Of a stretch of 64,000 nucleotides of DNA, positions 49,614 through 60,000 are shown one piece after another. Source of the DNA: Asaia bogorensis (GTDB taxonomy: Bacteria > Pseudomonadota > Alphaproteobacteria > CACIAM-22H2); the NCBI GenBank assembly GCA_945892765.1, contig CAMDDQ010000001.1, positions 40,486-104,485 of the forward strand. Direction: 5' to 3'. The notes beneath the pieces are model-generated. The model did not search any database and had not been told where the DNA came from. It saw only the letters and a list, made by a program, of their open reading frames with translations. Both the position numbers and the translations under genes were made by a program. Every line of letters starts with the position of its first letter. The stretch's first letter is position 1.

Positions 49614-50850
49614 GGAACCAATGACCGACGTCAACCAACCCACCGGCGGCCCGGCGGCCGTGGCCGGGGCCTGGATCGACGAGCAATCGTTGCGGCTTTC
49701 GCTGGGCATGCTTCGCGCCGTGCGCTTTGGCGGTTTGTCGGTCGTTCTGCCCAACGGTCAATCGATGCACATCGCGGGACAGGAACCCGGCCCTCGGGGC
49801 ACGATCAACATCCGGCGAGCACGCGTCGCCCGGCGTTTTGTCGCCAACGGCGCTGTCGGTTTTGCCGAATCCTATCTCGACGGCGATTGGGATACGCCCG
49901 ATCTTCCCGTCTTGCTGCATTTCTTCGCCCTCAACGAGCCGGCCCTGGCGCCGGCGTGGCGGGGCCGAGCGTGGTATCGGGCCTTTAGGCGATTCACCCA
50001 CGGACTGCGTAGCAATACCCGCCGCGGCAGCCGCCGTAACATCGCCGACCACTACGATCTCGGCAATGAATTCTACCGGCGCTGGCTCGACCCGAGCATG
50101 ACCTATTCTTCCGCGGTTTATGCCTCGCCCAATCAAAGCCTGGAGGAGGCGCAGCGCAACAAATATGGGCGCATCGCGGATATGCTCGCGCTCCAGCCCG
50201 GGCAGTCCCTTCTTGAAATCGGCTGCGGTTGGGGCGGCTTCGCGCGATTTGCCGCGGCCGAACGCGGCAGCCACGTCACCGCGATTACATTGTCGCGCGA
50301 GCAGTACGATTTCGCCCGCCGTCAGGTGCATGAACAAGGCCTGGGCGAACGTGTCGATGTCCGCCTGATCGACTATCGCGATGTAACGGGATCATTCGAT
50401 CGGGTGGCGTCGATCGAAATGCTGGAAGCGGTGGGCGAGCAATATTGGCCGGTCTATTTCTCGAAAATCCGGGAGAACCTCGTATCCGGCGGACTCGCCG
50501 CGGTGCAGGTGATTACCATCGGCGATCACTGGTTCGACGATTATCGACGCGATGCCGATTTCATCCAGCGTTATGTGTTCCCGGGCGGGATGCTTCCTTC
50601 GGAAACGGCGCTGCGGCGGGCGACGGAGGAGGCCGGACTAGGCTGGCGCGAACTCAGCCGTTTCGGCGGCCACTACGCCAATACGTTGGCGGAGTGGCAG
50701 CAACGCTTTCAATCGGCCTGGGGCGATGTCGCCAAGCTCGGCTTTGACATGCGCTTCAAGCGCCTGTGGGAATATTACCTGGCCTATTGCGAGGCCGGTT
50801 TCCGAGTCGGCTACATCGACCTGGTGCAGGTCGGACTTGCCCGCATCTGA
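49603..50850 (+). CDS. cfa: cyclopropane-fatty-acyl-phospholipid synthase family methyltransferase
   Basis: LLEIGCGWGGFARFAA SAM motif and the CFA-synthase C-terminal region. Confidence 0.85.
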   Translation: MPHEEPMTDVNQPTGGPAAVAGAWIDEQSLRLSLGMLRAVRFGGLSVVLPNGQSMHIAGQEPGPRGTINIRRARVARRFVANGAVGFAESYLDGDWDTPDLPVLLHFFALNEPALAPAWRGRAWYRAFRRFTHGLRSNTRRGSRRNIADHYDLGNEFYRRWLDPSMTYSSAVYASPNQSLEEAQRNKYGRIADMLALQPGQSLLEIGCGWGGFARFAAAERGSHVTAITLSREQYDFARRQVHEQGLGERVDVRLIDYRDVTGSFDRVASIEMLEAVGEQYWPVYFSKIRENLVSGGLAAVQVITIGDHWFDDYRRDADFIQRYVFPGGMLPSETALRRATEEAGLGWRELSRFGGHYANTLAEWQQRFQSAWGDVAKLGFDMRFKRLWEYYLAYCEAGFRVGYIDLVQVGLARI

Positions 50851-52195
50851 AGGGCGCAGCCGCCTCGACAACAGCCTCCTTCTCGCCTATGGCCTTCCGG
50901 CGGTGCCGCTCGCCGCGCTTGGCATCCCGCTTTACCTATACCTGCCGCCATTTTACGCCGATGAAATTGGCCTAGGGCTATCCACCGTGGGCGGCATTCT
51001 GCTGCTCGCGCGCCTGTGGGACATGGCCATCGATCCGGCCATCGGCCAATTGAGCGACACCGTCTCGACTCGTTTCGGCCGGCGCCGGCCCTGGCTGATC
51101 GTGGCGGCGCCACTGGTGATGATTTCAGTCTGGCGCCTACTGGTGCCGGAACAGGGCGCCGGCCCGGTCTATCTGTTGGGCTGGACCATGGCCCTGTATC
51201 TGTCGTGGACCATGATTCTGTTGCCCTATACGGCCTGGGGAGCCGAATTGTCCGGCGACTATCACGACCGCTCCCGTGTCGCTGCATGGCGCGAAGGTGG
51301 AGTCATTCTTGGCACACTGGCGGCGGCGGCGCTGCCCGCCCTGGCCGCCGATGGCGGTGGCTCGCAGCGTTCGGTTCTGGCGGCGCTTGCCTGGACCATC
51401 ATCGTCCTGCTGCCGGTGACGCTTGCAGTTCTTCTGTGGCGGGTGCCGGAGCCGCGGGCGGCGGCGGCGCCCCGGCGCTTGGGGTGGCGCCGCGGTTGGC
51501 GATTGCTGGCCCGCAATACGCCCTTCCTTAGACTACTGGCGGCCTACCTATTAAACGGGTTGGCCAACGGCTTGCCGGCCACGCTGTTCCTGCTTTTCGT
51601 CGGCGATGTGATCGATCGATCCGCGGCCGCGGGTGTGTTGCTACTCGTGTACTTCCTCTGCGGCATCGCCGCCGTGCCGGTTTGGCTGAAGGTCAGTTAT
51701 CGTTTTGGAAAACACCGGAGCTGGGCGATTGCGATGGCGTGGGCTTCGCTTGCCTTTCTCGGCGTGCCTTGGCTCGGGTCGGGGGACCTGTACGCCTTTG
51801 GTTTGGTGTGTGTCTTGACCGGCATCGCCTTGGGCGCCGACATGACGCTGCCGGCGGCCATCCAGGCCGATGTCATCGATCTGGATACACTCCGCGGCGG
51901 GAGACAACGAACCGCGCTCTATTTCGCGCTGTGGAGCATGGCCACGAAGCTCGCCCTGGCGCTCGCGGTCGGGATCGCCTACCCGCTTCTGGACCTCACG
52001 GGATACCAACCTGGGGGAACCAACGATTCAGACGCGCTTGGAGTGTTGACCGCGCTTTACTGCCTGGCGCCGGTCACATTTAAGGTCGCGGCCATAACTC
52101 TGGTCTGGAATTTCCCGCTCGACCAGGCACGACAGGCAAAGATCCGCCGGCGGCTCGAAGCGCGCCCGGCGCAAGGGTCAGAAATTCACCCTTAG
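50837..52195 (+). CDS. MFS transporter (GPH / sugar-cation symporter-like)
   Basis: 12 TM segments. A probable TTG start just upstream of the cfa stop; the alternative upstream ATG overlaps cfa. Confidence 0.7.
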   Translation: MPASEGRSRLDNSLLLAYGLPAVPLAALGIPLYLYLPPFYADEIGLGLSTVGGILLLARLWDMAIDPAIGQLSDTVSTRFGRRRPWLIVAAPLVMISVWRLLVPEQGAGPVYLLGWTMALYLSWTMILLPYTAWGAELSGDYHDRSRVAAWREGGVILGTLAAAALPALAADGGGSQRSVLAALAWTIIVLLPVTLAVLLWRVPEPRAAAAPRRLGWRRGWRLLARNTPFLRLLAAYLLNGLANGLPATLFLLFVGDVIDRSAAAGVLLLVYFLCGIAAVPVWLKVSYRFGKHRSWAIAMAWASLAFLGVPWLGSGDLYAFGLVCVLTGIALGADMTLPAAIQADVIDLDTLRGGRQRTALYFALWSMATKLALALAVGIAYPLLDLTGYQPGGTNDSDALGVLTALYCLAPVTFKVAAITLVWNFPLDQARQAKIRRRLEARPAQGSEIHP

Positions 52196-52810
52196 GCCGG
52201 CCTTGAAATAACTGGCCGTGGTGTCGTCGTTACTGCCTTGGCCGTCGAAAACAACCAGATAGCGATAGCCTGCGGTCAATTTCGTCGTGGCCGACAGCGG
52301 AAAGGCCAGGCCGATTTCCCCATGGGTCATCACGCTCGTTTCTTCATGCCCAGGGGCGGTCACCGACACACCGTTGATCGTACCTTGCGCCCGAGGCACA
52401 TCGCTGCGGGCGATGCCGAGACCGCCGCCAACATAGGGGACCACGGCCATGCCTATTGGAACGTCGTAAAAGGCGTTGATCGTCAGCGTATAGAAAAAGG
52501 AATTGTCGTCGCCTTGGCCGACGCTGCCGCTGCCGGAATTGAGGCTGTCGATCGGCGCGCTGGCGTAGCCCAACTCGACTTCGGAACGAAAACCGCCACC
52601 CCAATCGAGGCCAAGCGCCAGAGTCAGCGCGTAATTCGCATCAAAGCTGACGGAATAGGGCACGCCATTGGCCGTGCCGTCGGTATCGTGAGGAACAAAG
52701 ACGCCGCCGGCGACACTGAAATAGTCGAGGCGATTCTGCGCCGATGCCGGCGTTGATACCGTGCCAGCAAGGGCAAGAAATCCGCCGATCAGGAATGCAA
52801 AACGCAGCAT
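52178..52810 (-). CDS. outer-membrane beta-barrel protein (OmpW/OmpA-like porin family)
   Basis: Signal peptide MLRFAFLIGGFLALAGTVSTPASA and a C-terminal aromatic residue (RVNF). Confidence 0.6.
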   Translation of the reverse strand: MLRFAFLIGGFLALAGTVSTPASAQNRLDYFSVAGGVFVPHDTDGTANGVPYSVSFDANYALTLALGLDWGGGFRSEVELGYASAPIDSLNSGSGSVGQGDDNSFFYTLTINAFYDVPIGMAVVPYVGGGLGIARSDVPRAQGTINGVSVTAPGHEETSVMTHGEIGLAFPLSATTKLTAGYRYLVVFDGQGSNDDTTASYFKAGLRVNF

Positions 52811-52889
52811 GTCGTGCCCCCGCTTCCTTCGTGTTTGGTGAAGACCTAGCGCAACGGTTTGCCCCCGTACAATCAAGCCGGTCGCCGCC

Positions 52890-53669
52890 CTACAGCCCGG
52901 TTGCACGTTTTAGAATTGGAAAGTAAAGCCGATAGGGCAGGCACCGCAGCGCCTTCAGCAGCAAGGCGAATCGGCGCGGAAAGGTGATTTCAAAGCCGCC
53001 CGATGCCAGGCCGCGCACCAAGCGGTCAGCAGCATCCTCCGCCGACATCAGAAACGGCATGGGGAACGGATTTTCATCGGTCAGCGGCGTCTTCACAAAG
53101 CCTGGATTGACCAATGACAGCCTTATGCCACAGCGGTCCAGATCGAATTTCAGCGCCTCGCACATATTGATCAGCGCTGCCTTGGTCGCCCCGTAGGCGG
53201 CCGCCGTCGGCAACCCACGATACCCGGCGACCGAGGAAACGACGGCGATGTGGCCACCGCGCCGCTCCACCATGCGCGGCAGCAAGGCGGCAATTCCATT
53301 GACCACACCCATGACATTGACCTCATGAAGGCGCCGGAAAATCGCCGGGTCAAAGGTCGCGACCGAAATCGGCAGGTGGGTACCGGCATTGAGCACGGCA
53401 AGCACGATTGGGCCATTGCGGGCTTCGATGGCGATCGTCGCGGCCCGCATGCCTTCTTCATCGGTGACGTCGAGGGGCATGGGATCGATGCTGCCCGGCA
53501 CGCCCGCCGCTTCCCTGGCGAGATCGTCGAGGGCGACGTCGCCACGGGCGCTGGCGGCCACACGCCAGCCATCCCGCGCAAGACGCAAAGCGAGAGCGCG
53601 GCCGATGCCGCTCGATGCGCCCGTGACCCAAGCGCAACCGGTGGAAGGCGGCGGCAGCGTTGCGGTCAC
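52890..53669 (-). CDS. SDR-family oxidoreductase
   Basis: TGASSGIG cofactor motif and YxxxK (YGATKAAL). Confidence 0.8.
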   Translation of the reverse strand: MTATLPPPSTGCAWVTGASSGIGRALALRLARDGWRVAASARGDVALDDLAREAAGVPGSIDPMPLDVTDEEGMRAATIAIEARNGPIVLAVLNAGTHLPISVATFDPAIFRRLHEVNVMGVVNGIAALLPRMVERRGGHIAVVSSVAGYRGLPTAAAYGATKAALINMCEALKFDLDRCGIRLSLVNPGFVKTPLTDENPFPMPFLMSAEDAADRLVRGLASGGFEITFPRRFALLLKALRCLPYRLYFPILKRATGL

Positions 53670-53713
53670 GGCTCTTGTCCTTGCGGTGGAACGGGGAGAA
53701 GGGGAGGCGCCGA

Positions 53714-54472
53714 TTAGAGGCGCACGTACTTTATGTCTTGGCCCCGGATTTCAAATTGAATCTTGACCCAGACGTCTTGGGAATACCACAGGTTCAGATC
53801 AAGGTCGCCGGTCATGCGATAGCGGCGGGCATCGCCGGGGGCGCCCGGCGCCGGATTTTTGTCGGGACCCATCTCCGTGACATCAACTTTGGAGATTTCG
53901 CCGGTTTGTGTGTTGAGGAGGTTCTTCTGGTTCACGGTCGCGATGTTCCAGTAACTGGCTGGAATCAGCCCGCCGGGAACAACGAGCTGGTTCGCCGGGG
54001 TATTCACGACCGCCTTGTCGCCGTCGGCGCGGCACGAGACCCGGTAAGGCGTGCCGTCGTCATCGGTCTTGGTGTCCAGCGACACCAGGCGCTCGCCACG
54101 CCAGATTTCGGTGTTGTGATGCACATAGCGAAATAGGGTCAGAAACCCGAGCTGGTAGCGGAGTTCAATGTCGATCTCAACCTTCAATTCATCGCCGTTT
54201 TCGGTAAAGACCACGCTGTGTTTACCGAAGTCGCTGCCGTTGCGAAGGACGAGGAAATCCAGGCGACGTGTTTGCGGCACGGAGGCAAGCAGCCGCCGTG
54301 ACCGACGCTGATCGGTCTGCGCCCACACATCCTTAGGCGCGAGAATCGAGCCAAGGGCCCCTGCTGCGGTGCACAAAAAGCGACGGCGCGACGACGAATC
54401 GGGGACCGGCGCAACACATAGCCGCGCAGCCTCCCTCAGATTTTCTCTTTCGTCGTTTGCCCTTCTCTCCAC
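53714..54472 (-). CDS. hypothetical Tat-secreted protein
   Basis: Twin-arginine signal SSRRRFLCTAAGALGSILAPKDVWA. A GTG start is inferred because the longer ORF would overlap the divergent hupE gene. Confidence 0.45.
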   Translation of the reverse strand: MERRANDERENLREAARLCVAPVPDSSSRRRFLCTAAGALGSILAPKDVWAQTDQRRSRRLLASVPQTRRLDFLVLRNGSDFGKHSVVFTENGDELKVEIDIELRYQLGFLTLFRYVHHNTEIWRGERLVSLDTKTDDDGTPYRVSCRADGDKAVVNTPANQLVVPGGLIPASYWNIATVNQKNLLNTQTGEISKVDVTEMGPDKNPAPGAPGDARRYRMTGDLDLNLWYSQDVWVKIQFEIRGQDIKYVRL

Positions 54473-54628
54473 CGCGATCTCGTTGGTCCCGTACGCCGAA
54501 GACCTCGGCGCAATAGCCGGAGAACAATGCGCAACCGAAGCAATTGTAACAAATCGTGATCGAATGTCGACAATTGACGTTGCGGCGGGTCCGTAATAAC
54601 CCTTGACGTTCACTCGACAAAACAGGGG

Positions 54629-55234
54629 TTGCCCATGGAATCGCGTCGGCCCGGAACGTTCGCCTTGCGCGCATTTCTTCCGCTGGTTGGTGCCAGTCTG
54701 TTTGGAAGCTCGGCCGAAGCCCACCTTTTGGGCGCTCATGGCGCGGCGGCGGCGGGAGGATTCGCGCATCCCTTCGTCGGCCTCGACCACCTCGTGGCGA
54801 TGGTCGCGGTCGGGGTGTGGGCGGTGCAGCAAGGCGGGCGCGCTATGTGGGCCGTCCCCGCTTCCTTCGTCGGTGCGGTGACGATCGGCGGCGCCTTCGG
54901 CCTGGTTGGGGGCACCCTGCCCGCAACCGAGTCGGTCATCGCCGGTTCGCTAATCGTTCTCGGCCTTCTGGTCGGGCTGGCGGTGCGCCCGGCGCCTTGG
55001 ATCGCGGCCTGCATCGTCGGCTTTTTTGCGCTGTTTCACGGTTATGCCCATGGCGGCGAATTGCCGGTGGCCGCCGCGCCTTGGCAGTACGCGCTTGGGT
55101 TCATCGTCGCGACCGCCACGCTGCATGGCATCGGCATGCTCGGGGGTCTGGCGCTTGGCGCCAAACCCCTTCTGCGTTGGGCTGGTGCCGGCGTGACCGC
55201 CGCGAGCCTGATGTTTGTTCTCGGAGCCTATTGA
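54629..55234 (+). CDS. HupE/UreJ family metal (Ni/Co/Zn) transporter
   Basis: HPFVGLDH signature after the signal peptide and 6 TM segments. Confidence 0.8.
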   Translation: MPMESRRPGTFALRAFLPLVGASLFGSSAEAHLLGAHGAAAAGGFAHPFVGLDHLVAMVAVGVWAVQQGGRAMWAVPASFVGAVTIGGAFGLVGGTLPATESVIAGSLIVLGLLVGLAVRPAPWIAACIVGFFALFHGYAHGGELPVAAAPWQYALGFIVATATLHGIGMLGGLALGAKPLLRWAGAGVTAASLMFVLGAY

Positions 55235-55793
55235 TCGGGACACACCCATGAGGCCGAGTGGCGAGCGGCGGGCCTCCGCGTTGCCGCAGGCGGGTGTGAC
55301 GCCACGCCAATCGCCTCGCGGCCGGCGTTCGCCATTCCCAAAAGACAGCCACGATCACAAGGCTTGTGTCTCCACCGCGGTTGCCGCGGCCGAGGCCTAT
55401 TGCGGGCACCGGCGCCAACGCCTCACGCCGATGCGCAAACGTGTGCTGGAAATGGTGTGGCACGGTCATAAGCCGGTCGGCGCCTATGCGCTTTTGGACG
55501 GTCTTCTCGAGGAAGGCCACCGCGCGGCGCCGACGACGGTCTATCGCGCCTTGGATTTTCTTCTCGGGCTGGGGCTAGTGCACCGCATTGCGTCACTCAA
55601 CGCCTTCGTGGGCTGTCCTCATCCGGGCCAGCCGCATACCGGGCAATTCCTCATTTGCGAGGCCTGCGGCAGCGCCGAGGAAATCGACGATGACGGCATC
55701 GCCCAGGCGGTGCGGCGGGGGGCCGAACGCATCGGCTTTCGCGTGCAGCACCCGACCATCGAAATTACCGGACGCTGCCCGCACTGCCGCTGA
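55215..55793 (+). CDS. zur: Fur-family transcriptional regulator, Zur-like
   Basis: N-terminal HDHKAC...EAYC...RLTPMRKRVLEMV, typical of alphaproteobacterial Zur. C-terminal CxxC pairs (CEAC, CPHC). Confidence 0.75.
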   Translation: MFSEPIDRDTPMRPSGERRASALPQAGVTPRQSPRGRRSPFPKDSHDHKACVSTAVAAAEAYCGHRRQRLTPMRKRVLEMVWHGHKPVGAYALLDGLLEEGHRAAPTTVYRALDFLLGLGLVHRIASLNAFVGCPHPGQPHTGQFLICEACGSAEEIDDDGIAQAVRRGAERIGFRVQHPTIEITGRCPHCR

Positions 55794-56835
55794 GCCGATG
55801 CGCGGCCCACAGCGCGGCCGCGAATAGAGCCATCGCACCCGCCTGATGAAGAATGGCCAGCGGGATCGGAACGACGTAGAGCAGCGTTATTATCCCGAGC
55901 GTGACCTGGAGCAGGGTTGTGGCGAGGACGACGTGGATGGCGAAACGGATTTCGCCAGAGTGGTCGGCGCCGCGCGCGCGCCACCCCAACCAAACCGCCA
56001 CCGCCAGGATCGTTATCCCCAGAAGCCGGTGATTGAATTGCACGGCGGCGACATTCTCAAACGCGTTCGCCCACCACGGCGACAGGTCGAAATAACCTTC
56101 CGGGATCAGTCTTCCATTCATCAGGGGAAAGGTGTTGGAAGTCAGCCCGGCATCCAGCCCGGCGACGAAAGCGCCGGCCAACACTTGTAGAAATACGAGG
56201 ACCGCCAGGATGGCCGCCCAACGCCCAAGCGTCCGCGCCGTTTGGTCCGGGCGCGAACGCCGCGAACTAAGGCCGAAAGCCAGCCACAACATCCACCCCA
56301 AGACAATCGTCGCCAGACCCAAATGCGCCGCCAGTCGATAGGGGCTGACATCGGGTTCGTCCACCAGACCGCTTTGCACCATGTACCAGCCGAGAGCACC
56401 CTGTAATCCGCCCAGCGCCAAAATGCTCCAGCACTGCAACGCCAGACCGCCGCGCAACCGGCCCTTGATCACGAACCAGGCGAATGGCAGAGCAAAAACC
56501 AAGCCGATCAGCCTTCCCCACAACCGGTGTGTCCATTCCATCCAGAAGATCGCCTTGAACTCGGCGAGCGACATCCCTTCGTTCAATTTCCGATATTCCG
56601 GAAACTGTTGGTATTTGCCGAAAGCATCCGCCCAATCCTGGGCGGACAGGGGCGGCAGGGCACCGAGTAATGGCTGCCATTCGACAATCGACAGGCCGGA
56701 TTGGGTGAGACGGGTCATCCCGCCCAACACGACCATGACAAAAACCATGGCGCAGCACAGATACAGCCAAAGCGCCACGGCCCGGGATTTCGGCGCCGGG
56801 GAAATTTCGGCGGAGGGGAGCACGTCGACCTTCAT
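55765..56835 (-). CDS. ctaA: haem A synthase CtaA (COX15)
   Basis: Eight TM segments with conserved His pairs. Confidence 0.85.
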   Translation of the reverse strand: MKVDVLPSAEISPAPKSRAVALWLYLCCAMVFVMVVLGGMTRLTQSGLSIVEWQPLLGALPPLSAQDWADAFGKYQQFPEYRKLNEGMSLAEFKAIFWMEWTHRLWGRLIGLVFALPFAWFVIKGRLRGGLALQCWSILALGGLQGALGWYMVQSGLVDEPDVSPYRLAAHLGLATIVLGWMLWLAFGLSSRRSRPDQTARTLGRWAAILAVLVFLQVLAGAFVAGLDAGLTSNTFPLMNGRLIPEGYFDLSPWWANAFENVAAVQFNHRLLGITILAVAVWLGWRARGADHSGEIRFAIHVVLATTLLQVTLGIITLLYVVPIPLAILHQAGAMALFAAALWAAHRLSGSAGSVR

Positions 56836-57007
56836 GAGCCGTTCAATACGCCGCCGATCCTCGCCACGCAATTCGTTCCCTATTGCGGACCCCGCATTTC
56901 CTCACGCCACGTGGGGATGTATCGGACATGACACGCCGCTGACCGAGTGTTAAGAGCCTAGGCCGAAATCCAACCCTATTTCACTTCCTTGAGCGTAGTT
57001 TTAGGAC

Positions 57008-60000
57008 ATGAACGACAATCGAACCGCGATCGCCGGGACCCTCGCTCTCGCCCATGGCTTGTCTTTCCCCGATCTGTATGACCGCGACGGTCTTGCCAAG
57101 CTCGACGCCCAGTTTATCGCTTCCCTGCGTCAAGCCGATGGCGCGCTGTGTGAACTCCTTCTCAGCGGGCGCGCGGCCCCCCAGACCCTTTCCGCGAAAG
57201 ACGAGGGAAATCTTCTGATCGCGCTGGCCCCGCATCTCGATGCCTTCATCGTCGCGCTGTTCGGGATCGCCCAGGAAGCCACAGCACTTCGCCAGAGTCA
57301 TGCCCGGCTGAACCCGCTTTCCGAGGTCAAGCGGCTGTTCGTCCAACGCCGCGCGGTGAAGGACTTTGGCGCCGCGACCGCGATGGCCTTCGACGGTCCG
57401 GCGCTGACTTCCGCCTTGGAAAAGCGGATCGGCGGGAAGTTCACCGAACTCACCTTTGCCGAGGCCGTGGCCCAATGGCTGAACGATGAGGCCGCGAATG
57501 CCGAGGCGCTGGACCTCGCCGCGCGTTACGCTGCCTGGGCGGTGCACAGCGATGCCGGTCGCGGACGCCACGGCGCCGGCGTGTTGTTCAAGGTGCCGCG
57601 TAAAGTCGACCACGAACACCTGGTGCCGGTCGAAGCGACATCGGTGAACGGCGTGCCGGCGGTGGGTCTTGCCCCTGGGCATTGGCGTCACCGCGAAGGC
57701 TTCGCCCTGACGGACCCCGGCATGGACCTGACCCATGCCCTCGACCAGGCCAATTACTGCATCTGGTGCCACAATCAGGGCAAGGATTCCTGCTCGAAGG
57801 GCCTCACGGAGAAGTCCGGCGCCTTTCGCAAGAGCCCGCTGGGCGTGACGCTTGCCGGCTGCCCGCTCGAAGAAAAAATCTCGGAAATGCACGTGGCCAA
57901 GGCCGCGGGCGATGCAATCGGCGCCCTCGCAATCATCGCCGTCGACAACCCGCTGGCCGCGGCGACAGGGCACCGCATCTGCAACGACTGCATGAAATCC
58001 TGCATCTTTCAAAAGCAGGAGCCGGTCGACATTCCGCAGGCCGAGACCCGAACCCTGAAAGACGTCCTCGACCTGCCTTGGGGTTTCGAGATCTATTCGC
58101 TGCTGACGCGCTGGAACCCGCTCAATCTGCGCCGGCCCTTGCCGCTGCCGGCCAGCGGCCGGTCGGTGCTGGTTGTCGGTCTCGGGCCGGCGGGGTTTTC
58201 GCTGGCCCATCACCTGCTCAATGACGGGCACCATGTTGCGGCCATCGACGGGCTGAAAATCGAACCCCTGCCTGAATCGGTATCGGGGGTAAAGCCCAAT
58301 GGCGAACGTGTGTCCTTTGCCCCGATCCGGGACATCGCGTCGCTCAATGAATCCTTGGACGACCGCGTGATGGCGGGTTTCGGTGGCGTCGCCGAATACG
58401 GCATCACCGTGCGCTGGGACAAGAATTTCTTGAAAATCATCCGCCTAATGCTGGAGCGGCGCGCCGCTTTTGCGATGTTCGGCGGAATCCGCTTTGGCGG
58501 CACCGTCACCGTTGAATCCGCGTTCGCGATGGGGTTTGACCACATCGCCCTGTGCGCCGGCGCGGGGAAACCGACGGTCATCGACATTCCCAACCGTCTT
58601 GCCCGCGGCGTGCGCGCCGCCTCCGATTTCCTGATGGCCCTGCAGCTGACAGGCGCGGCCAAAGCCGCGTCCATCGCCAATCTGCAAATCCGCCTGCCGG
58701 TGGTCGTGGTGGGTGGCGGCCTGACCGCTATCGACACCGCGACCGAATCGATCGCCTATTACCCGCGGCAGGTCGAAAAATTCCTGTCGCGTTACGAAAT
58801 CTTGGCGGCGGAGCGGGGCGAGGCCACCTTGCGTCAGGGCTGGACCGAAGAAGATCGCGAAATCGGCGAAGAATTCATCCTTCACGCCCGCGCCCTGCGT
58901 GCCGAACGCGAAGCGGCAACGCGCGAAAGTCGGGCGGCGGCCTTTTTGCCCCTGCTCGAATCCTGGGGCGGCGTGACCATCGCCTATCGCCGGAAGCTGA
59001 TCGAGGCACCCAGCTACACCCTCAACCACGAAGAAGTTCACAAGGCGATGGAAGAAGGCGTGCGTTTCGCCGAAGGGCTGACCCCGGTCGCCATAGACAC
59101 CGATTCGCGCGGTTATGCCGCAGCCATGCGTTTCACCGGCGCCGACGGCGCCGAGGCGGTGCTTCCGGCTCGCTCGATCTTGGTCGCCGCGGGCACCCAA
59201 CCGAACACCGTGCTAGCGCGCGAGGACCCGGACCACTTGGAGCTCGACGGCCGTTTCTTCCGCGCCCTCGACGAGGCCGGAAACCCGGTGAAGCCGGAGC
59301 GCCTGGCCAAGCCCGGCGCGGTGCATGTGCTGACGCACCTCGCTCCCGATGGCCGCGCCGTCAGTTTCTTTGGCGATCTGCATCCTTCATTTTCGGGCAA
59401 TGTCGTCAAGGCCATGGGCGGCGCGAAGCAAGGCTACCCGCTGGTCAGCCGCATGTTGGGCCGGGTCGCGCCGCGCCGATCCGATCCGACGGCGCTTCTT
59501 GCCACGCTGAACGATGAGCTTCGTGCCCGCGTGCACGAAGTCGTGCGGCTGACGCCAAACATCGTCGAGGTCGTTGTGAAGGCGCCCGCCGCCGCCCGCG
59601 AATTCCGCCCCGGCCAGTTCTACCGCCTGCAGAACTACGAGACGCTGGCTTTGACCGTGGATGGCACGACGCTGGCCATGGAAGGCCTTGCTCTCACCGG
59701 CGCGTGGGTGGACCGGGCGAAGGGCTTGGTTTCCGTGATCGTCCTGGAGATGGGCGGCTCGTCCGATCTCTGCACCTGGCTGAAGCCGGGCGAACCCGTG
59801 GTGTTGATGGGCCCGACGGGAACGCCGACGGAGACGCCGGGCGGCGAGAGCGCGATTCTGGTGGGCGGCGGACTCGGCAATGCGGTGTTGTTCTCGATTG
59901 GGCAGGCGCTACGGTCGGCCGGGTCTCGCGTCGTTTATTTTGCTGGCTACAAACGCGGAATCGACCGCTACAAGGTGGAGCAGATCGAAGCGGCCGCCGA

